DNA of 58,018 nucleotides, counting the filler, from Stramenopiles sp. TOSAG23-6 (taxonomy: Eukaryota): assembly GCA_900128565.1 (NCBI GenBank). It is 4 parts of 4 records of this genome, joined end to end, with 100 filler letters (N's around TTAATTAATTAA, not from the genome) between each part and the next. Parts side by side here need not be neighbours in the genome. Positions count along the whole stretch, not along the records: positions 43,646 to 58,018 come from LT636141.1; 3 more parts are not named here. One strand, given 5' to 3'. Of the stretch, positions 44,325-55,552 are shown one piece after another. The translations under genes and the position numbers were made by a program. The stretch's first letter is position 1. Every line of letters starts with the position of its first letter. The notes beneath the pieces are model-generated. The model did no database searches and was not told the origin of the DNA. It worked only from the letters and a program-made list of their open reading frames with translations.

Positions 44325-46471
44325 TTATATGTAGCTTCTGTCAACTGCTCTGGTGACTCCAATGGATTTTACAGTATCTTTTTTCTGGGATTTTTTATTC
44401 TTGGGATCACTCAATTCTGATGGTTTCACAAAAGCCTCAGCTTTCTTGATAGAATGGGTACAAACTTGGTCACAGTATTCTACATTGTAGTATTCTATGA
44501 AATTCTTCCATAGATTGTTAGAATTTCCTGTGCAATTGACAGTTATTTCATCTCTATCTTCTGTAAAATCTTTCTTGAAATCATCATTCAACACATATTT
44601 TTCCCCATTTGCTTCAACCACAAGGCTACCATCTTTATCTAGCTTATAACCTCTATTAGGACAATAGTCATTATGATTAAGCTGATTAAGCATTATATGA
44701 CAATGCCTGGCTGCATGTTGTTGGCAATGAATTTTAGTGCTTCTGCTTTTCCATTTTGACAGCACAATGATTTATTAATTTGGAACTAGAAACAGGTCCT
44801 GCATGAGGCACAAAGGGAGCAGCATTGGCAGACAATCTAGAAACCAAAGAAGAAGCCTGTTCACTTCTACCAAAATCATATAATGGAGTTGGTGATTGGT
44901 TTTTTGAATGTGCTACTACTTTTCCTTCAGCATTTTGCTTTCATATTTTAAAGTAGGCTTTTGGTTTGTTGCAGTCATCTTTGGAGCATTGTGGTTTTCT
45001 TCTGTGTCTTACACAATATCCTTTAACATTACCAATGGTAGCTTGAAGTTTTTCACAACCAGGCTTCTGACATTTTGGGATTTTTTTTTTAGAAGAATGA
45101 TGTGATTCACTCCTCTGACTCAAACATCATGTCTTTTACTTCAAGGGGAGCTTCAAGTTTAGTATCATCCAACAATAAAAGGTGAACATTGCAAGACACC
45201 TTTGGTCTCCAAATCTTCTTCCAAGACAATATCACCCCCATAAAAAATTGGTATGATAGCATCACATTTTAAATCGATTTTGGCAAATACTCCATAATGA
45301 TTAATTTCTCCGGTCATTTTGTTGTGGATATCTTTAAGTTCTTCATATGTAACCTTTAATCCATCCTTGTTTTGGGTGTCAATTTTTTTTTGTTTTGGTT
45401 TTAAATAGATATTAATACTATTTTTCAAGGCATTTTTAAAATCGACATTAATTGTCTGATCCCCATTTAATATATCTTCTAATTTTTTCTTAAAACAAAC
45501 AATATGACATAACTGAATTGGTTTTTGTTGCAATGTAGTATTCTCCTTTATAAAGATAAAAAGCAAAGTGTTAAAGGCTATTTTTTTTTCAGCTGGCTCA
45601 ACACATACAAACTTTACATCATCATCATTATTTGAGATTGACTTGTGAGAATGTTTCTTCCCATTATTGTTAGTAGATGAATTGTTGATTCTCATGCATG
45701 TTGTTCTTCATTTATACCCTCTCTATTTTGTGCTTGGCATTCTGTACGATTTTCACAATACATTGGACAGGATAGATTGGGGAATCCAAATCATCTTCCA
45801 CCCTCCTATCCACCACTGTAATTGACACCACTTCTTGAGAGCCAATAGCATGAAACCAATGAGCTAACCCAGAAGAAAGGGTTACATTGAGGGTTTGCCT
45901 ATTCCTTTCATTTATTACTTGCCATTTCGATTGACAACTAAATCCATGATACAAATTGTCTGTAAGTTGGCATTCATTTGGCCAAATACATCAGATTTTC
46001 TTTTTCTTTTCGAGCTTTTTCTTCTTGATCAGCTTTTTCTTTTTTTTTTCGCTCTTTTTCTTCTCAATCAGCTTTTTCTTTTCGAGCTTTTTACATACAG
46101 CTGGGTGATTTTCATCTATTGCTCATACCTCAATGAGGTCTTTCAATATCTGCATGTTCCCTACCTGTTTTGGCTCTTTTACATTTGTTTTCTTGAGTTT
46201 GTTTTGGCCAAATAGGATCAATTGCTGCTTGAACAGCTTTTTGAAATTGTTTTTTCATTTCTTGTACAGTACCTTTAAAGTTCTTCCATCCAATACCCAT
46301 TATTAGGTTTTTTACTTTTTCTACTTTTGTTTCATCAAAAATTTCATTTGACCCAATTGTTTTATGTTTTATTGTGGTTTCATTGTTTGAATGTTTTAAT
46401 GTGAAAGTAACTCTTGTATCATTACAATTGTAATAAACATCTGCTATTGACCAATCATCTTCATTTGCCAT
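44325..46471 (-). pseudogene. Decayed coding region with SET-domain-like and Cys-rich fragments
   Basis: Co-oriented broken ORFs with YGVFAK..IFYGGDIV, LNHNDYCPN, DEITVNC and CQKPGC..GYCVRH, within CpG-depleted DNA. Confidence 0.35.
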
Positions 46472-47291
46472 AATAAATTTTCTACTATAGTCAATGTAAC
46501 TTCTGTTGTTACTTCAACATATTGTTTCACTTTGTACACTCATGCCAGAAAACTGAAATGCCTTTGTCACATATTCTTTCAGATTGTCAATTGTATGATG
46601 TTTTTCTTTAGTGGGGAATTCAAAGTTTATAACCAGATCTTCAACTGATTAGAATTCATCACAAATATGGGAGTGAGAGGTTCTGTGCACAGGTTGCAAA
46701 AGCTGGGGGGGGGACTATCAAAGGTTTCACCATCTTTGGCTGAAAACAAAGGGTCATAAAACTTACTGGAGATCTTCATGGATTGGCCTCATGTTTGTCC
46801 AATGGAAGACTTGCTTTTGACCTTGCACCATGAATATATCTGGCACTAAAGCCAGGGGTGTGTTACTGTGATACAAGTGAGAGTATCATCAAAACTTTTG
46901 TAGGACACCAATTGAAAATGTGATGTGATATATCTTTGATATCAAGTGGTCCATTTTTTGCATTTGGTTCTGAAATTACTTGTGACCATTTCAGCTTTTT
47001 ATTTGCTGGCAATACCCTCTACAGGTAAATTGCAAATGGACTTTTTGGGTTGCATTCACAAATCTTTTGTGGGAGATCATTCTGAGTGATATGGGGGTCC
47101 CACTTGTATTCACACAAATAATCATACTGACACCATCAATATTAATCACCAACTCTTTACATGTATCATGCTGACAATAGTTGACCATTGCTACAGTACT
47201 AAGAAAGTTTTGCTCAGAACCTGAAGAAGTTGCATGACATAAGGTACAAGGGTAATATAACCCTAACCCTAACCTTAAAGAAATTGTTTCA

Positions 47292-47665
47292 CTGAGTTTA
47301 CTTTTTGTCAGTTTTTTGTACAAATAAACAGTGCTATAACCATTGTGCTTATATACATGTTGTTGCTTTATAACACTAGACCATAAAGTATCCATAGTGG
47401 TTACTCCTGATACACCATTATGGCTCACAGGTGAAATGTAATCTATGTTCTGTGTGAGACACAATTAGTTTTTTAGGAAACTTTTTTGCTGAGTTTACTT
47501 TTTGTCAGGTACAAATAAACAATGCTATAACCATTGTGCTTATAAACATGTTGTTGCTTTATAACACTAGACCATAAAGTATCCATAGTGGTTACTCCTG
47601 ATACACCATTATGGCTCACAGGTGAAATGTAATCTATGTTCTGTGTGAGACACAATTAGTTTTTT
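47292..47665. repeat. Direct tandem duplication of ~180-bp unit (about 47292-47474 and 47489-47665; partial third copy near 47741-47800)
   Basis: Near-identical CCATAAAGTATCCATAGTGGTTACTCCTGATACACCATTATGGCTCACAGG... copies. Confidence 0.9.
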
Positions 47666-48076
47666 TTAACAACTATTGTTACTACAAAAACAATACACAC
47701 ACTGCTCTCTACACATACCAAACACTGAAACATACAATGAGTATCCATAGTGGTTACTCCCTATCATTGAGGTATACATGTTGCCATTGTGGCAACAGTT
47801 AAATGTAGTCCAGTTGAAATTGTTCTGTGTACTTTCTGGAGGTGTTACTGTTCTTTAGACTGGAATATTGATAGTAACATAAAAAAAAAAGACTCATGTC
47901 AGCTGATCAGGCAGATTTGATTCTGTTATGAAAAACAGGTTTGCGCCACATTTTTCTCGATCTGACAAGTCGAAGTGACTCACACAAACTTCGATGCTCT
48001 GACACCACTACCACTCTCGAGAACGATTACGTAGAGTAGAGTAGGAATAATAGATCAGTAGAACAAACATTTTGGA

Positions 48077-48412
48077 ATGGGAGACAATGGCCAACCCATT
48101 CTCAAGACTTCAAAGGTTTTAAATGGAGCATCCAAATTAATAGGTGTAGCATGTGCAGTAGAAAATCGTGCGTTTATTATGTGCAAGAAGGAAAATGCAA
48201 ACCCCGAAGCTTGTGTTAATGAAGGTGTCAATGTTACTACGTGTGTTAATAATGTTGTGCGCACAGCTGTCGATAAATGTGGAGGCGACTTTTCAGCATA
48301 CTGTAATTGTTTACATGATAATGCGCATGAATTTGATCAATGTCGTGATAAACAGTTTTCCCTCCGTTCTTGTTTCTCTGAAGCACGTGCAAAACAACTT
48401 GGTCTTGAATGA
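48077..48412 (+). CDS. NDUFA8: NADH dehydrogenase (complex I) subunit A8, twin CHCH protein
   Basis: TSKVLNGASKLIGVACAVENRAFIMCKKENANPEACVNEG; four CX9C-type pairs. Confidence 0.85.
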   Translation: MGDNGQPILKTSKVLNGASKLIGVACAVENRAFIMCKKENANPEACVNEGVNVTTCVNNVVRTAVDKCGGDFSAYCNCLHDNAHEFDQCRDKQFSLRSCFSEARAKQLGLE

Positions 48413-48841
48413 AGGAAAATGACTGTACGACACAAACTCAAGCGATAATAGTAACTATGAATGTGACAAACAAATAAATGAAATACATCACACAACATTT
48501 AAGTTTATATTTGATTAATAATAAACACTTTAAAATATCTATTCGTCAAATAATACGTAAAAAAAGTCTCACTGGTGAGGTCATGATTTCGTACCAATTG
48601 AAGCTACATGCACGTATTCCTGTAGTATTTCCTTACAAGTATTCATGTTTTTTGTTTATAGATGTGTATATATCGTTATTTATTGTTTATAATTTCAATA
48701 TCTGTATTCAGTTATCATCCATAAAACGACTCAGTTTGAAACTGACCCCAAAATAAACTAAAAATTAATTTCAAAAAAAATGCTTACAGTTTTCACATTT
48801 TATATCGTATACTTCCTAACGAAAGACACATCAATTCAATA

Positions 48842-48925
48842 GCACGAATGACGGAGTGGTCTAACGTGGTGCTTTCAAGCAGCATTCCTCGCATGAGGGC
48901 CAGGGTTCAAATCCCTGTTCGTGCA
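48842..48925 (+). tRNA. tRNA-Leu(CAA)
   Basis: Acceptor stem GCACGAA/TTCGTGC, D-loop GGAGTGGTCTAA, anticodon arm GTGCT-TTCAAGC-AGCAT, long variable arm, T-arm CAGGG-TTCAAAT-CCCTG. Confidence 0.93.
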
Positions 48926-49119
48926 ACACATTGAATCTTCTTTTTGATTTTATTCTTTTTTTGTTTTTTTTTCACTTTTCGAGTACCGGGTATCGGAACT
49001 TTGGCCAACTGAAACTGGAACGTAACTTACTAATAGTAGTGTACTTATATTTGTTGCAAGATACTACGTATATTGTATTCCTCTGCAAAGTATTCAACGT
49101 ATACATAATGTATTACTCA

Positions 49120-49497
49120 ATGAAGATTTTATTAGTGTCATTTTTGTCATTATGTGTCTGTAGTTTTAGTTATCGTGATCCTAATCGAATAGAAATAGTT
49201 CACGCGAGTCGAAAGTGTCAAACAAATTCTTGCCCGCATGGAAAATGTCACTTTACTGGTTGCAAAGAACCAGCATCTTGTGAAGGTGGCCATTGTAAGT
49301 TCACTGGATGTAAGTCACCTACTTGTCGTGGCGGTCATTGTATATTTGAAGAATGTAGTAATCCGAGTTGTTCGGGGGGAATGTGTCACTTTATAGACAC
49401 AAAAACAACACTTAAACATGGTTATTGCGAAGGAGATCATTGTAAAATAGATGGAGAGGTTGTATCTAGTAACTTTGAAGGCGATCTTACATTTTAA
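49120..49497 (+). CDS. Small secreted Cys-rich repeat protein
   Basis: Signal peptide MKILLVSFLSLCVCSFS, then repeats of CxGGxCxFxxC. Confidence 0.8.
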   Translation: MKILLVSFLSLCVCSFSYRDPNRIEIVHASRKCQTNSCPHGKCHFTGCKEPASCEGGHCKFTGCKSPTCRGGHCIFEECSNPSCSGGMCHFIDTKTTLKHGYCEGDHCKIDGEVVSSNFEGDLTF

Positions 49498-49691
49498 TGA
49501 GTTTTGTTTTATAGTTATATGATTATATTTTAAAGGTTCAAATCTTTGTATATTCTTTCTAATAAATACATACAAATAGACATAAATACATTTTATTATC
49601 ATACACTTTAATCAAAATAAAACGTATAGTATACAATTTGGGTTATAATAGTATACAATTTGGGTTGTAGTTTTCAAAATTAACTCGAAAA

Positions 49692-52324
49692 TCAAGGTAT
49701 ATGAGAAGAAGCAATTTGAAGACGTGCTCGCTCTCTAGCACGTTTACGTGCCGCTAATATATCAATTTGTGCTTGTTTCGTATAGTCAACAAATACATCT
49801 TTTGATATTTTTGCGGGTCGTTTTGTAGCTGCACCTCTAGCTAATATTTCAGCTTGTTTTTTATCAAATTTTTTCTTGTTTTTAAGAGATGAACTTTGAA
49901 ATGATGTTTTTTTCATACCAAAGCTATTTTTTTTATTGTGTTGAAATGATGTTTTTTTCACACCAAAGCTATTTTTTTTATTGTGTTGAAATGACATTAT
50001 TCTCTTGTTTACTGGTATTTTACTATTATTAGTAACATTTCCAAATAAATCAGATATTGTACCTGTGTTTTCATTATTTTCATTATGTTCATTATTTTCA
50101 TTATTTCTGATATCTATTGTAGTTTCTAGTAATTTTGATATTATATTTTCGATACTTCCATTATACTGTTTCATTGCTTCGATACATTTGTTTCTTTCAA
50201 AGCCCATATTTAAAAGTACCTTCAGATCTGATTTTGAAGTAATTGTTTTATTTTCTTTTCTTTGTTTTTCGTCTCCAAAAAAATCAATATAATCATTTTC
50301 ATTTGTTTTTGTTTCGACATTTACAATAGTATTATTGTTTTCTCTTTCTTGTCTTACAATAGTATTATTGTTTTCTCTTTCTTGTCTTCGATGTCGTAAC
50401 AAACCTGATGATGTGAGATCATATATAGATGGTGATGGTAGTTCTGATGGAGGTGTATTGTGGTTTATATCACTCAAATCATTTGAATCGTTGCTATTTG
50501 GTAGTAAAAGTGGATTAACTATATTATCTGTATTTAAATTATTCACATTTGCATGTATTGTATTAGATTTATATTTTGGTGAATTTATGAGTCTTTTAGC
50601 GCTATTCGCTGCAGCCGATTGTATAGATGTATTTATAGTATTCATTGTAGATGTTTTAGAATTTTGATGTTCATGTCCATCACTATAGTGAACAGAATGT
50701 ATCACACGCACAGTATCATTATTCACCATTACATCACTTACAGGAATACTATCTGAGATGTTTGAAATATCTTTTGGGGGAAATCCAATTAAGCATTTAA
50801 TATGAGAAGTTTGACTCCAACCACTTAATTTTAAAATTGATTTTCGAAGAGAGCGTAACGGTAATGTGGGATCAATATTGTGTAGAGTATGTGTCGTATT
50901 GCCGCTCAAGTCAGAGCGTATACGAATTCTCACTGACCAAAAGTCAGTATCACATTTCNTACCTAATGAATTTCGAATTTGTTGAGTGCTAATTTCACTA
51001 CTACTATTATGATTATCATTATTATTATTATTGTCATTATTATTATTATTACTACTATTATATAATGTTTCTACATATTGTGAATTATTACTGACTATCG
51101 ATGCTTCTACTTTGTTGCTTTTTACATTATAATTAGTATTACTTTTTACATTATAATTAGTATTACTTTTTACATTATTATCAGTTGTATTTGTCGATTG
51201 GTGAATATTCCATCTATTACCTCTTTTATACGTAAAAAGTGGCGACTTCCCTCCACCCAAGACATTACCAATACCAGTAAAACCTGTCGTTGCGATAGGA
51301 CCTCCACTACGCTTATTTTTTCTTCGTTTTTCTCGTTCTTCACGAGCTCTTGTCTCTGCTGCTGTATCGTTTTCATCTGTGTTACCATCAACCACATCAC
51401 TTTTTGGTGGATATGGTGGTGTATTCTTATTACTATTACTACTATTATAGTTCTTATTACTATTATTACTACTATTATAGTTCTTACTATTATTAGGGAG
51501 ATGCTTTATTCGAGGCATGATCCTTCCAGGTGTGTATTGTGAAAAAATATTTAATTTTGTTTTTGTTAGATATGAAATTTCGTATGAAAAAAAATATATA
51601 TATATAAATTTGAAATTCATGATGAAAAAACATACGTAATACCAGTATTCAATATAGTTGACTTTATGTCCAGAGGCGGCGCGAAATCGACAACAAGGTC
51701 AACATGTCCATATAAGCTAACAGCTCTTTCAGGTTTCAATTCTATTACATCAAGATAGTATTGTACACCTTGCCACTCGAGCATTACTGTCTGCCGCATC
51801 GTTAGTGCTGAAAACATACTAAATGTATTTTCTAATAATTTTTTAGGACCAACTGTTGCTGCCACATCGAGAAACGCCGAAGAATGTGGTTGAAAACGAC
51901 AATATGTTCCCCGTTTTAACTCCCGACAACTTCGAAGAGTGGCTGTGTCGCCTTCGTTCAANGAAAGATTTTTCATCATCCNGAAAGGTAAGAACGCTTT
52001 TCCTTCTGGTGCTGAGAATTCCATTACACCACAAAATTGTAGTTTTCGCTTTCGTGTAGTGTTTAATGTCGAGGTATTATGTTTTTCTACACGTCGTTTT
52101 CGAGAAATCTCTTCTTCTTTATCCGTATTTGTGACTCGAAAAAGTAATGGATAAGGAAGCCCAAGAACAGATATTTGATGTAAAGCTGACTGTGGTAATA
52201 CAACTTTATCACCATTCTCCAATTGCGGTTTGTCAACACAAGCAACACTAAAGCAACTATAACTCTCTTGGAACAAAGCAGCTCTCTTTGGACTCCGAGA
52301 ACGTCTCTGCGAAGGAAGATCCAT
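49692..52324 (-). CDS. UFD1-like N-domain protein with ubiquitin-like and UBA domains; exons 52324-51636, 51531-49692
   Basis: GDKVVLPQSAL, CGVMEFSAPEG, VDFAPPL (UFD1). LIGFPPK (UBX/UBL). LLNMGFERNKC (UBA). Confidence 0.85.
51532..51635 (-). mobile_element. Introner-family intron, 104 nt, GT...AC
   Basis: ATTAC|GTATGTTTTTTCATCATGAATTT...CATACGAAATTTCATATCTAAC...CACAATACAC|ACCT. Confidence 0.8.
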
Positions 52325-52609
52325 TAGGAGAAAGTAAACTAAATTACTCTATGAAATTCATCATCTATCTACCTGACTATTTATCTGGTTTACTATAATA
52401 TTGAAATAAGATGAATTTTCAATTTGACAGTTTCTTAGTAAATATAGCAATGAAACTGTGGAGAAAAATACCTATTACTACAAACTCTACCTCTTTTTTG
52501 CTTCACTCTTTTATTCGTCTCTTACAAAATAATAGTATAAATATCTTGGTAGTTAATCATCTCCAAAAGCAAAACTTGAGCAATCATTGATAAATGTCTT
52601 TTGTATGAA

Positions 52610-55453
52610 ATGGATCATAATCCATTAATCGAACTTCTAGAATATTATGTAAGCGAAGATGCCATAGCTGAACTTATCGAGAAGGATCCTTCAGTAACGC
52701 GAAAACTTGACAGATATGGTCGATATCCTCTCCATATAGCCGTCAAAAATAATCACTCCACAAAAGTAGTTGAAATTATTTTAGATACAAATCCTTTAGC
52801 TGCTTCCCATGCAGACAAGTATAATAGAATGCCTCTCCATTGGTCAAGTCAATCAACAGCGGCAGTATTAAAAAGTGTATTGAAAGCTTATCCAGCTGCT
52901 GTCGAAGTTGCCGACGAAAAGGACAGGTTTCCTCTACACTTGGCACTTCTAGAGTGTGCTCCCATAGCAAACATATATTTATTAACAACAGCATTTCCGG
53001 GTGCAGTCAAAGCAGTAGATAAAAATGGTCGGCTACCCCTTCATATCGCTTTACAAGCCTACGGATGGAATTTTGAGGTGATCAATCTTCTACTAGAAAT
53101 ATACCCCAACGCAGTGCGACAAAGAGACCAATATGAAATGCTTCCTCTTCATTATATATCTAGCTCTATCCCTAAAGAACACAAAAGGCAACACGAAATG
53201 TGTCGCAAGACGAAACCTGTTGAAAGACTTCTTGAATATNTCAGAACAAAAGTTCTACAATTACGGAAACAATCTAGAGAACATCAAATTTACGTACGTG
53301 AAAAAGCTGAAAAGAAAATGTTGGAATCAATGCGAGACCCAACGGCTTATTTAAAATCAAAGGCTTTGAGGGATGCTGTGGATGTACCCAAACGGGAGGC
53401 AAAACGTAAAAATGCCGCAAAAGAAGAAAAAGAAACTCTGGAAATTTTAGATTCAATGGGCAAAATAAAATATTTTAAAGGTGTCCTTGAAAATTCAAGA
53501 TTGCAGGTACTACAACAAATAAGCAGTGGTTACGCAGATGCAATGATATCTCCCGACACATCGGGAAATCTTCCGATTCACTGTGCGCTTTTACAACGAG
53601 CTGGATTAAAAATTATAGACGCCTTGGTACCTACATGGGCACGTGAAATTCCTAAAACAAAAAACAACGAAGGCTCATTACCCATACATTTAGCTTGTAG
53701 AAATGACGCATCATTAGCTATATTGAAACGTTTAATATCAGCTTTTCCCGAAAGTATTCGAGAACCAGATGATAATGGCAATCATCCATTACATCTAGCA
53801 TGTAAGTATAATTCTTCACCTGAAAATATTGAATACTTGTGTGAAACGCGTCAAAAGTCTGCTCGAACTCCAAATTCGTATGGGAATATACCTTTACATA
53901 TTGCAGTAAACCCAATACGTCCTTCCGTACTACAAGCCAATGCGATTGAAGAAGCTATAAATGCATCTAATGCAGCAACGGAGAAAGTTTTGAAAGAATT
54001 ATTAAACTATCAAAAGCGCACTAAAAAAAAAGAGAAAAGGCAATCTACTGGGAGAGGATCGCTAGATTTCCCATCAAAGATGGGTGGATTATCAAAGACA
54101 CCTGTAGAACCACTAATTGCGTCGGCTTCACTTAGAGTTATAAATATATTAATTGGTATCAATCCCAAAGGAGTTTCCACTCCAAACATAGATAAAGCTT
54201 TGCCTCTTCACATTGCAGTATTAAACAAAGCTCCCTTAGATGTTGTAAATCGACTTCTAGAATTATATCCAGACGCCACAAATGTTCCTATACGTGGAGG
54301 ACGACTTCCGATACATATTGCAACTACTCATGGAGCATCTATTAAAGTAGTAAAATCTCTCATAAATGCCTTTCCATCTAGTGTCTCTATCCCTGATAAC
54401 GCAAAACAATTGCCTTTACATAATGCTGTGCGCACAAAGGCAAATGAGTTAGTAATTGCCGCATTAGTTAAAGAAAACCCCAGCAGTGCAAAATGTTTTG
54501 ACAACGAAAATATGTTACCGCTACAATGGGCTTTGTGGCAAGGGTGTAGCACTAATGTAGTAAAGTGTATATTAAAAGCATTTCCAAAAGCAACATTGCA
54601 ACCTGATCAATACAAAATGTTACCAATTCATTGGGCTGCTTTAAACATAGCCCCTCTGGCACTCGTAAAAGCATTAATATTTGCAAACAAGAGTGCCTTG
54701 CAGAGAGGTGACTGTAACTTAAATTTACCTATTCATTTAGCAATGCAACCCAAAGCAGAAGTTCAAACGGTAAAAGCTATGATGAAGTCATACAGCAAGT
54801 CAATAAGCGCAGTGAATCACCATGGAATGACACCTCTGCATTGTGCGGCTAAAAATTCCGCTTCAGTGGAGATTTTACAAACTGTCTTGTCGTATCATAA
54901 TGAAGCCCGAAATACTAAAGACTGTTGGGGAAAGACGCCTTTACATTGGGTTGCCCAATGTAAAGGAAATGTAGCAACTCTGAATGTTTTACTAAATAAT
55001 TGCTTGACTGGTGCAACTGCAGTTGATGACGAAGGCAATACACCACTTCATCTCAGTGTAAAATATAATGCAACTCTACCAGTTATTTTACGATTAATTG
55101 GGGAATGTCCAGAAGCTGCAAAATGTGCAAATAATGATGACGAAATACCCCTTCATACTGCTGCGAGATTTTCTAATTCATGCATGGTAGTAAATGCTCT
55201 ATTAGAAGCAAATCCAAACGGATCGTTTACATATGCACGCCCAGAGGGTCCCAAAGGTCCACGTAAACTTCCTATATACTTTGCAGCTGCTCGAGGAGCT
55301 CCACTGGATTTTGTAAATGCTTTATTAAGCGTAAATACAAATACCAGCTTACAACCCGAAGGAAAGAAAAGATTACCACTCCGTGCTGCTAAAAAGGTTG
55401 CTTCTGAGAATGGCCATAAAGCTATTGTGGATCGGCTGAACGACTTCAAGTAA
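52610..55453 (+). CDS. Ankyrin-repeat protein
   Basis: Many G.LPLHxA repeats over about 950 aa. Confidence 0.92.
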   Translation: MDHNPLIELLEYYVSEDAIAELIEKDPSVTRKLDRYGRYPLHIAVKNNHSTKVVEIILDTNPLAASHADKYNRMPLHWSSQSTAAVLKSVLKAYPAAVEVADEKDRFPLHLALLECAPIANIYLLTTAFPGAVKAVDKNGRLPLHIALQAYGWNFEVINLLLEIYPNAVRQRDQYEMLPLHYISSSIPKEHKRQHEMCRKTKPVERLLEYXRTKVLQLRKQSREHQIYVREKAEKKMLESMRDPTAYLKSKALRDAVDVPKREAKRKNAAKEEKETLEILDSMGKIKYFKGVLENSRLQVLQQISSGYADAMISPDTSGNLPIHCALLQRAGLKIIDALVPTWAREIPKTKNNEGSLPIHLACRNDASLAILKRLISAFPESIREPDDNGNHPLHLACKYNSSPENIEYLCETRQKSARTPNSYGNIPLHIAVNPIRPSVLQANAIEEAINASNAATEKVLKELLNYQKRTKKKEKRQSTGRGSLDFPSKMGGLSKTPVEPLIASASLRVINILIGINPKGVSTPNIDKALPLHIAVLNKAPLDVVNRLLELYPDATNVPIRGGRLPIHIATTHGASIKVVKSLINAFPSSVSIPDNAKQLPLHNAVRTKANELVIAALVKENPSSAKCFDNENMLPLQWALWQGCSTNVVKCILKAFPKATLQPDQYKMLPIHWAALNIAPLALVKALIFANKSALQRGDCNLNLPIHLAMQPKAEVQTVKAMMKSYSKSISAVNHHGMTPLHCAAKNSASVEILQTVLSYHNEARNTKDCWGKTPLHWVAQCKGNVATLNVLLNNCLTGATAVDDEGNTPLHLSVKYNATLPVILRLIGECPEAAKCANNDDEIPLHTAARFSNSCMVVNALLEANPNGSFTYARPEGPKGPRKLPIYFAAARGAPLDFVNALLSVNTNTSLQPEGKKRLPLRAAKKVASENGHKAIVDRLNDFK

Positions 55454-55552
55454 GTTGCTTTAGAAACAATAATGTAGTATGTAAAAAATAAAAGTTATTT
55501 TATTACTCTATATAATGATGTGCAAAAAATAAAAATATGTTTTAAAATCATT

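Noticed and set aside
46991-47655. Duplicated ORFs starting MCLTQNIDY
   Set aside because: They arise from the 180-bp duplication in decayed DNA, have non-ATG starts and show no recognisable domain.
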